DNA from: Achromobacter phage vB_Ade_ART
Sequence record: MH746817.1
Direction: 5' to 3' (one strand)
Length of the DNA stretch: 32,000 bases
Part shown: positions 25,345 to 32,000 of the stretch, piece after piece
How positions within the stretch are numbered: position 1 is the stretch's first letter
Layout: each line of letters begins with the position of its first letter
The notes under the pieces: model-generated
What the model saw: only the letters and a program-made list of their open reading frames with translations
What the model was told of the DNA's origin: nothing
The model's database searches: none
Translations under genes and position numbers: made by a program

Positions 25345-25491
25345 ATGACGACCTACCAAATCATCGATATCAAGACGGGCACCCAGGTGGGGGCCACCTA
25401 CAGCGACCGCAAGCGCGCCAGCGCCCGCGCTAATAAGCTGGATCTGGCCTACGGTGCTGTGCGTTACGTCGTGCGTCCCATCTTCGCCTAA
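25345..25491 (+). CDS. small basic protein (48 aa)
   Basis: MTTYQIIDIKTGTQVGATYSDRKRASARANKLDLAYGAVRYVVRPIFA; AAGGAG upstream; strong promoter; absent from ORF track. Confidence 0.65.
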   Translation: MTTYQIIDIKTGTQVGATYSDRKRASARANKLDLAYGAVRYVVRPIFA

Positions 25492-25845
25492 GCACCGGGG
25501 TTTGTAGTCCCTTCCCTGATCCCTGGCTCGATCTGAGCCGCGCGAAGCCCCGAGGCGAGAGGGGAGAGAACCCACCCTGCCCGAATCAGTACCAAGCTAC
25601 TCATTCGCGCGCTACTCATGTCGATCCTACGCGATAGGCATACCCTACTACCCCGACACCCCCCATACACCCTCCCTAAAAGGGCCACCCCCGCGTGGAC
25701 CCCTCCCAAAATATCGCCCCGAGTTTTGTATTGAGCTTCGTATAGATCAGCATACTCATGGGTACCGATCATACCGTGCATGTCCCTGTCGTGTATCATA
25801 AAATCTGCTACAGATCAATCCCTCACATGTACCTAAGGAGTCATC

Positions 25846-26229
25846 ATGTCGAAACCCTGGGAAACCAAACCTCCCACCAAGCAATGGCCCACTGACGTCG
25901 AAGCCAAAGCCGCCATGGCCCCCGCTCCCAAGAATATTCCTGAAGAGGGTATCGCCCCCGCCAAGCTTGAAACCAGCCCCCTGGAAGGCGATGTGATTTC
26001 GCTCATGGGAACCCTCACCCAGAATCAGTGCGAGAATATTGTGGTCATCGGTATGAGTGATGATGGCCGGGTTATCTCGCTCCGTCGTATGGGCCCCAAT
26101 GGGTCGAATCCGTACACGATCATCGGCGCCCTGGAAGCGTTCAAACAGATGATCATCACCAACGAGCTGCACCAAGAACCCGCCAAGGTCGAACAGCCTC
26201 AGCCTTCGGCTTCGCAGGAGTCGAACTAA
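25846..26229 (+). CDS. hypothetical protein (127 aa)
   Basis: AAGGAG upstream of ATG; stop/start overlap with 26229. Confidence 0.65.
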   Translation: MSKPWETKPPTKQWPTDVEAKAAMAPAPKNIPEEGIAPAKLETSPLEGDVISLMGTLTQNQCENIVVIGMSDDGRVISLRRMGPNGSNPYTIIGALEAFKQMIITNELHQEPAKVEQPQPSASQESN

Positions 26230-26801
26230 TGGAAAGCGATATCGCCATTACCCCGGCCTTGAACTGGTTGCCGGGTGAGCCGTTGCCCTGGTCCGCCAAG
26301 GTCTCGAAAAACTTCATCGATCTGGTGTTCCAGATTTCCAACAATCTCGCCATGCCGACGATGGGTCCGGTCTGGTTGATGGGTTGTATGGCTTGGGAAT
26401 CGAATGCCACGTTCTCGCCCTCGATTCGCAACATGGCCGGCAGCGGCGCCGTGGGGTTGATTCAGTTCATGCCCGCCACGGCCGTCGACCTTGGTACCTC
26501 CACCGATCTGCTCGCCAAGATGACCGCCGAGCAGCAACTCGTGTTCGTGCAGAAGTATTTTTCGCGCTATGCCGGTCGCCTGAAATCCCTGGGTGACGTC
26601 TATATGGCCATTCTCTGGCCCGCGGCCATCGGCAAGCCGGATGACCACATTCTATGGTCGCAAGAATCCCGTCCGACCACGTACCGGCAAAATGCGGGTC
26701 TGGACGTCGATAAAGATGGTGCCATCACCAAGGCGGAGTGTACCGCCAAGGTATACGCTCGCTTGATGGAAGGTTTCAAGCCGGAAAACATGCGCGTATA
26801 A
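26229..26801 (+). CDS. lytic transglycosylase-type endolysin
   Basis: GCMAWESNATFSPSIRNMAGSGAVGLIQFMPATAVDLG (SLT-like ES...G..GL.QFMP). Confidence 0.83.
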   Translation: MESDIAITPALNWLPGEPLPWSAKVSKNFIDLVFQISNNLAMPTMGPVWLMGCMAWESNATFSPSIRNMAGSGAVGLIQFMPATAVDLGTSTDLLAKMTAEQQLVFVQKYFSRYAGRLKSLGDVYMAILWPAAIGKPDDHILWSQESRPTTYRQNAGLDVDKDGAITKAECTAKVYARLMEGFKPENMRV

Positions 26802-26820
26802 GCAAACGGAGTTTTGCAAA

Positions 26821-27252
26821 ATGACCGGTGAAATACTCGATGTAGCTAAGGGGATGCCATGGTATGCCACCTTGGCGGGAGCCCTCCTAGGTGCGGTGCT
26901 ACTGGGTGGGTATGTCAAGCGGTTCCTGTCCAAAGAAGGTGTCAACACCGCTGACGATAAGGCTACTGTTGCTTCCATCGCTATCTACAAGAGTCTTGTA
27001 GACGAATTGAAGGAACAACTTAAAATAGAGAGGGAAGGGCGTGTACTCGCTGAGGGTAAACATGACGAACTACTCAAGACCTATGCAAATCTCACCGGTG
27101 AGGTTGCGGCGTTACGACTTACCGTCCAGCATCAAACCGACCAAATCACCGAGCAAAATCAAGAATTGGCTCGGCAGGCAAAAACTATCGATCAATTGCG
27201 CGATCAAGTGCAGATTCTCACGAAGGGTTATCATGCACCAGTTCAAGATTAA
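26821..27252 (+). CDS. membrane protein with coiled coil, holin candidate
   Basis: PWYATLAGALLGAVLLGGYVKRFL then long coiled-coil; located in lysis cassette. Confidence 0.5.
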   Translation: MTGEILDVAKGMPWYATLAGALLGAVLLGGYVKRFLSKEGVNTADDKATVASIAIYKSLVDELKEQLKIEREGRVLAEGKHDELLKTYANLTGEVAALRLTVQHQTDQITEQNQELARQAKTIDQLRDQVQILTKGYHAPVQD

Positions 27253-27532
27253 GGTGCGGGAGTGGCGTGCCCGCATGCTTCGACCGTTGACGGAAGCCGC
27301 CCCCTACATACTTTGTACCGCTATCCTTGCCATGGGGATAGTGATCGGGTATGCGGCTTCCCGCATCGAAATGAAAGACCAAATCAACGCAGCAAATAGC
27401 GCCAACCAACAGCAAATCATCCAGGTACAGGCCGAATTTCTTGACCGGGTCTCAGAAAGGGTCGAAGATGCGGTCACAAAGGCCCTGGAAGCCGTTACGC
27501 TGGCCAAAGAGGCCGTCAAACAGGTGAAATAA
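27233..27532 (+). CDS. small membrane protein, holin candidate
   Basis: ATG at 27233 overlapping previous ORF; APYILCTAILAMGIVIGYAASRIE TM segment. Confidence 0.5.
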   Translation: MHQFKIKVREWRARMLRPLTEAAPYILCTAILAMGIVIGYAASRIEMKDQINAANSANQQQIIQVQAEFLDRVSERVEDAVTKALEAVTLAKEAVKQVK

Positions 27533-28095
27533 TGCCCTGGCTCCTGATCAAGAACTTTCTCGGCAAGTGGTGGCCCTACATAGTGATCGCTATCCTTGTG
27601 GTCATCGGCCTATTCCTGGTTTACAATGCCGGGTATAATAAGGCCAGGACGGCAGGCGAACTCAAGTTGAGTGCCTTGTTGCTCGCCCAGTCTGAGGAAG
27701 CCGCCAAAAAAGCCGCCGAAGCCCGAGGTAAAGAACTCGCGCACGCTGCCGAAGTGGCGAAAATTGAACAGGAGGGTGTGCGAAATGCTGAACAAATACG
27801 TAAAGTCTCTCAAAAGACTATTGATGACCTCAATAGTGGCTCTGTCAGGTTGCGCAAACGGCTTGCCGCTTATGAAAACGGAAATGACATGTCCGGTTCT
27901 ACCACCTCTTCCGGGGTGGATAGTCGAGGAAGCGTCGAAACCATCGGACTTCGGCTTTCAGATGCGACATTTCTTGTTCGAGGAGCCGACGGAGCCGACC
28001 TTGCACGAAATGCGCTGAAAACATGCGTTGAAATAGCTCAGCGTGACAGGGCTATGTTGATGGATTGGTACAAAGCCAATAGTACCACACCCTGA
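27532..28095 (+). CDS. Rz-like inner-membrane spanin (i-spanin)
   Basis: N-terminal TM WWPYIVIAILVVIGLFLVYNAGYNKA then Ala/Lys/Glu-rich coiled coil; contains nested lipoprotein ORF. Confidence 0.72.
   Translation: MPWLLIKNFLGKWWPYIVIAILVVIGLFLVYNAGYNKARTAGELKLSALLLAQSEEAAKKAAEARGKELAHAAEVAKIEQEGVRNAEQIRKVSQKTIDDLNSGSVRLRKRLAAYENGNDMSGSTTSSGVDSRGSVETIGLRLSDATFLVRGADGADLARNALKTCVEIAQRDRAMLMDWYKANSTTP
27785..28018 (+). CDS. nested Rz1-like outer-membrane lipoprotein (o-spanin)
   Basis: MLNKYVKSLKRLLMTSIVALSGCANGLPL...PVLPPLPGW: lipobox LSGC, proline-rich segment, entirely inside Rz-like gene in another frame. Confidence 0.72.
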   Translation: MLNKYVKSLKRLLMTSIVALSGCANGLPLMKTEMTCPVLPPLPGWIVEEASKPSDFGFQMRHFLFEEPTEPTLHEMR

Positions 28096-28139
28096 GATTG
28101 TGGTATATTCCGGGGTAATCCATCAACAGAGGTTCTGTT

Positions 28140-28871
28140 ATGTCTCTCAAACCCTGGGAACCTGGTTATGTTCCCCCGCGCCGGCTGACCGAAGAAGAGC
28201 TCGCCGAGAAACGTCGTCAAAACTGCGCTCTCGGCGGTTTGAACAAAGTCGCCAACATCGAACGCGTCGCCAACGGTGAAGAACGCCAATACGGCGAGAA
28301 AACTACCACCACCATGAACAATGGGGTGGCTCGTGATTTGGGCATCGGTACCCGCAACGGCCCTGATCCTGAGTCGGCCACTTCTAAACGCGTGGCTCGT
28401 CTGACTTCCGAGAATCTGCGACCTGACCAAATTGAAATGGTCAACGCATTCGTTGCCGCCTATCTGCGATGTTTCGATGCACCGCAAGCGTTCATCATGG
28501 CTGGGGGCAAACCCAAATCCGCCACCAATCGTGGATACGAAATGTTGCGCTGGCCGGCGACCCAGGAGCGACTACAGGCGGCTGTTGAAGCACTGGAAGA
28601 AGAACAGCTGTTGACCCGTAAGGGTATTTTGATGGGTTTGTTGAAAGAGGCGAATTACCACGGTCATGATTCGTCCCACGGCTCCCGCGTTCGCGCTTGG
28701 ATGGGTCTGGCTCGTATCAAGAAAATGGACGTCCAAGTCACCGAGAATCACCACACTGTTCGGGGCGGTGTGATGCTGATTCCGGTGGGCCCTCAAACCG
28801 ACACCATCGATGGGTGGGCTCAGGTCGTTGCTGACGATCAGGCTCGGCTCAAGGAAGAAGTGCGGAAATGA
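28140..28871 (+). CDS. terminase small subunit-like
   Basis: NLRPDQIEMVNAFVAAYLRCFDAPQAFIMAGGKPKSATNRGYEMLRWPATQERL; overlaps TerL start by 4 nt. Confidence 0.75.
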   Translation: MSLKPWEPGYVPPRRLTEEELAEKRRQNCALGGLNKVANIERVANGEERQYGEKTTTTMNNGVARDLGIGTRNGPDPESATSKRVARLTSENLRPDQIEMVNAFVAAYLRCFDAPQAFIMAGGKPKSATNRGYEMLRWPATQERLQAAVEALEEEQLLTRKGILMGLLKEANYHGHDSSHGSRVRAWMGLARIKKMDVQVTENHHTVRGGVMLIPVGPQTDTIDGWAQVVADDQARLKEEVRK

Positions 28872-30403
28872 GCGAACTTCTTGTACCGGAAGATCAGCGG
28901 GTCGTCTGGCGCCCGCTCAAAGGTTCGCAAACCGCAGCCATCACATTCCCTGGCAATTTTCTCCTGTACGAAGGTACCCGAGGTCCTGGGAAGACCGACG
29001 CCCAATTGATGAAGTTCCGTCGATATGTGGGCTTGGGGTATGGGCGCTTCTGGCGCGGCATTATCTTCGACCGCGAATACAAGAACTTGGATGACTTGGT
29101 CTCCAAGTCGCAACGTTGGTTCAACGAATTTGGTGATGGGGCTCGCTTCCTGTCCTCTCGTTCGGATTACAAGTGGGTCTGGCCCACGGGTGAAGAGTTG
29201 TTGTTTCGCCAGGTGAAGAAGCCGGCCGACTACTACAACTATCATGGCCAAGAGTTCCCGTTTATCGGGTGGAACGAGCTGACGAAGTTCCCCACTCCGG
29301 ACTTGTTCAACTCGATGATGTCTGTGAACCGGTCGTCGTTCCGTCCGCAGGACCATCCGATCGTTGACCAGAAGACCGGGGAGAAAACGTATCTCCCCGA
29401 ACTCCCCCTGATGGTGTTCGCCACTACCAACCCGTATGGCCCTGGCCACAACTGGGTGAAGATGCGTTTTATCGACGTAGCCCCACCTGGGGAGGTGATC
29501 AAGATTGTCACTAACGTCTTTAACCCGCGAACCCAGCAGCGGGAGGATGTGGTCAAGACTCAGGTACGCCTATTCGGCTCCTACAAAGAAAACATTTATC
29601 TGGCCCCGGAGTATATCGCGGAGCTGGAAGGGATCACCGATGAGAACAAGCGCAAGGCTTGGCTCTGGGGTGATTGGGATGTTGTCGCCGGAGGTGCTTT
29701 TGATGATGTTTGGCGTGAACAAATACACATTAAGAGTCGTTTTTCGATTCCTAAAGGCTGGCGCATTGACCGGTCATTTGACTGGGGTTCCACACATCCT
29801 TTCTGCGTCAGCTGGTGGGCGGAAGCTAACGGAGAAGCCGCTACGATCCTCCAACCGGATGGTCAGGTGGTTCACTGGGCGCCGCCGCGTGGTTCGTTGA
29901 TCTTGATTCACGAGTGGTATGGTACGAAACAACTCGGGATGAACCTTGGTTTGAAAATGTCTGCGGCTGATATCGCCAAGGGTATTCTGAAAGAAGAGTC
30001 TGAACTCAAAAAGCAGGGTTTTATAACCACAAAACCTCGTCCCGGCCCTGCTGACTCGCAAATTTATCAAGTACGCGAGAAAGATGTTGATACCATCGGG
30101 AAAAAGATGGAAGATCACGGGGTAACTTGGGAGGAAGCCGATAAATCCCCCGGGTCACGGATTAACGGGCTTCAGTTGGCACGCGATATGCTTGAAAACG
30201 CAATGCGTGGGGAAGGTCCAGGTCTGTATTTCATGAAACATTGTCGTGCACATATCAGTTTGTTACCGATTCTCCCGCGAGATGAGGACAATCCTGACGA
30301 TGTGGACACGACCGCCGAGGATCACCCGTGGGACTCGGTTCGTTATCGCGTTCTAAAGGGTAGCAACCGGTTTGCTACAAAACTCAATATCCGCTGGGGT
30401 TAA
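28868..30403 (+). CDS. terminase large subunit
   Basis: LYEGTRGPGKTDAQLMKFRR (Walker A), RGIIFDREYKN, LPLMVFATTNP; C-term nuclease-like region (RIDRSFDWG). Confidence 0.9.
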   Translation: MSELLVPEDQRVVWRPLKGSQTAAITFPGNFLLYEGTRGPGKTDAQLMKFRRYVGLGYGRFWRGIIFDREYKNLDDLVSKSQRWFNEFGDGARFLSSRSDYKWVWPTGEELLFRQVKKPADYYNYHGQEFPFIGWNELTKFPTPDLFNSMMSVNRSSFRPQDHPIVDQKTGEKTYLPELPLMVFATTNPYGPGHNWVKMRFIDVAPPGEVIKIVTNVFNPRTQQREDVVKTQVRLFGSYKENIYLAPEYIAELEGITDENKRKAWLWGDWDVVAGGAFDDVWREQIHIKSRFSIPKGWRIDRSFDWGSTHPFCVSWWAEANGEAATILQPDGQVVHWAPPRGSLILIHEWYGTKQLGMNLGLKMSAADIAKGILKEESELKKQGFITTKPRPGPADSQIYQVREKDVDTIGKKMEDHGVTWEEADKSPGSRINGLQLARDMLENAMRGEGPGLYFMKHCRAHISLLPILPRDEDNPDDVDTTAEDHPWDSVRYRVLKGSNRFATKLNIRWG

Positions 30404-30405
30404 CC

Positions 30406-32000
30406 ATGGCACAGAAACGTCCTCCGCCCACTATCAACCGTGCCACCCCTCTGGGTGCAGCGAAGGCGCCCCCGCCTCCCAACTTCACGGCCGTTCACGT
30501 CCTCGTGCAGAATCTCATGTTCAAATGGGCGCTGCTGGATGACGTACTGGCTGGTGAGGCCGCTGTAAAGGCCAAAGGCGAGCATTATCTGCCGATCCCC
30601 AGGGTTGATGACGATGAGGAAGAAAATCGCAAGCGTTACCATGTGTACCGTCAGCGAGCTGTCTTCTACAACGCATCCCGCCGAACTCTGGATGGTTTGG
30701 TGGGTGAAGTGTTCAGCCGCGATCCGATCATCGAACTGCCCCCGAGCATGGCCATGATGGCCGGAAACGTGGACGGTGCTGGAGTTTCGATTGACCAGCA
30801 ATCGAAGTTGGCACTGTCCTATGTGATGGGCTATGGGCGGGCTGGCCTCTTGGCTGATTACCCGGCAACCGATGGTCCGGTCACCCAGGCCGATATCAAC
30901 TCCGGTAAGATTCGCCCGGTCGTGATCATGTTCCGACCGCATGACGTCATCAACTGGCGTTTCAAGATGGTCGGCGCCAAGCGGGTCCCCGTACTTGTGG
31001 TCATCGCGGAATCCTATCTGGACGAAAGTGATCCTTTCGAGACGAAGACGAACAAACAGTGGCGGGTTCTCTATGTCGAAACCGTGGACGGAGTTGATAC
31101 CTACAAGGTTAAGGTGTGGCGTCGTCGAGTTCGTTTGCCGGCTGACCCCATCGTCGACGGTCGTGAAGACTGGAACGAAATCGACTATGAATACGCCTCC
31201 TATACTCCGCGTGATGCGGAAGGACGAGTTCTGAACGAAATTCCGTTCACGTTCCTGGGCTCCGTGAACAACAACGAAACCCCGGACGATCCCCCCATGT
31301 ACGACTTGGCGATTATCAATATCGCCCACTATCGGAACTCTGCCGATTATGAGGAGTCGTGCTTTATGGTGGGCCAGCCTACGGCCTGGTTCTCCGGTCT
31401 GACTCAGAACTGGGTTGAAGACGTGTTCAAGGGGAAGGTGTATCTTGGTTCACGGGCGGCTATTCCGCTCCCGGCTGGGGCCCAAGCCGGTCTCTTGCAG
31501 GTCAATCCGAACTCCATGCCGAAAGAAGCCATGGATCAGAAAGAACGGCAGATGGTCGCTCTTGGAGCTAAGCTCGTCACCAGCGGGAATGTACAGCGGA
31601 CTCTGGGGGAGGCTCAGATCGAAGAAGCCAGTTCGGCATCGATTCTGTCGACCGCCACCAAGAATGTGTCCAAGGGCTATACGGACATTCTCCGTCTGGC
31701 GGCGAAGTTTGTGCGTGGCGTCGGCGACCTGGAAAAGATTCGTTTCGATTTGAACACGGACTTCCCTGCCAGCCGCCTGACTCCGAATGATCGCAACCAG
31801 CTCATTCAAGAGTGGCAGTCCGGGGCTATCACGTGGAACGAAATGCGGGATGGGTTGCGCCGGGGCGGTATCGCCACGACCAAGGACGAAGACGCCAAGA
31901 AGGAGATTGAGGCCAACCCTCCCCCGAATGTGGTCAAAGAACGGGAGGCGATGGCGTTGGAACGTGAAAGCATGGCTGCGAACAACCGTGCGACTCGTCC
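30406..32000 (+). CDS. portal protein (DUF4055-like), truncated by window end
   Basis: frame open from ATG 30406 (MAQKRPPPTINRATPLGAAKAPPPPNF...NASRRTLDGLVGEVFSRDP...DLAIINIAHYRNSADYEESCFMVGQPTAWFSG); directly after TerL. Confidence 0.8.
   Translation, partial: MAQKRPPPTINRATPLGAAKAPPPPNFTAVHVLVQNLMFKWALLDDVLAGEAAVKAKGEHYLPIPRVDDDEEENRKRYHVYRQRAVFYNASRRTLDGLVGEVFSRDPIIELPPSMAMMAGNVDGAGVSIDQQSKLALSYVMGYGRAGLLADYPATDGPVTQADINSGKIRPVVIMFRPHDVINWRFKMVGAKRVPVLVVIAESYLDESDPFETKTNKQWRVLYVETVDGVDTYKVKVWRRRVRLPADPIVDGREDWNEIDYEYASYTPRDAEGRVLNEIPFTFLGSVNNNETPDDPPMYDLAIINIAHYRNSADYEESCFMVGQPTAWFSGLTQNWVEDVFKGKVYLGSRAAIPLPAGAQAGLLQVNPNSMPKEAMDQKERQMVALGAKLVTSGNVQRTLGEAQIEEASSASILSTATKNVSKGYTDILRLAAKFVRGVGDLEKIRFDLNTDFPASRLTPNDRNQLIQEWQSGAITWNEMRDGLRRGGIATTKDEDAKKEIEANPPPNVVKEREAMALERESMAANNRATR

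Noticed and set aside
28838-29449. 203-aa ORF on - strand
   Set aside because: Antisense to TerL; no independent support
1-32000. tRNA or rRNA genes
   Set aside because: No convincing cloverleaf or rRNA signature noticed by eye; tRNAscan-SE would be needed to exclude one formally
1-32000. Integrase, transposase or retron-type reverse transcriptase
   Set aside because: No such motifs seen in any of the provided translations; a temperate lifestyle cannot be claimed from this window

Overview
The window is a contiguous ~32 kb piece of a tailed double-stranded DNA phage or prophage genome (siphophage-like by gene content). It reads as four transcription blocks. (1) A long leftward block (~7-20509) encodes a MazG-like NTP pyrophosphohydrolase, a family-B DNA polymerase with its own sliding-clamp-like protein, exported proteins, and a 7-deazaguanine DNA-modification module: a DpdA/TGT-like transglycosylase, FolE, QueD, QueC and QueE. 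The same block carries a replication/recombination set: SF2 helicase, PD-(D/E)XK nuclease, DUF669-type ssDNA-binding protein, Sak4-like ATPase and a DUF2786-like protein. (2) A rightward block (20652-24103) encodes a small HTH protein, a PrimPol-DUF3987 helicase fusion and a VRR-NUC nuclease. (3) A short leftward operon (24184-25149) includes two very small genes missing from the ORF track. (4) A rightward late block encodes a lytic transglycosylase, membrane proteins, nested Rz/Rz1 spanins, TerS, TerL and a DUF4055-type portal truncated by the window end. The strongest points for follow-up are: a phage QueC that has lost all four expected zinc-ligand cysteines while keeping the SGGQDS motif; a cupin-like gene translationally coupled to the DpdA-like gene; an iteron/inverted-repeat plus AT-rich region (23229-23539) that looks like a replication origin; a previously unlabelled C-terminal domain present in three different proteins; and a polymerase C-terminal tail resembling a clamp-binding motif. 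7-deazaguanine DNA modification in phages is already described as a phenomenon, so novelty would lie in the variant features. All family calls come from motif recognition by eye, not from database searches.
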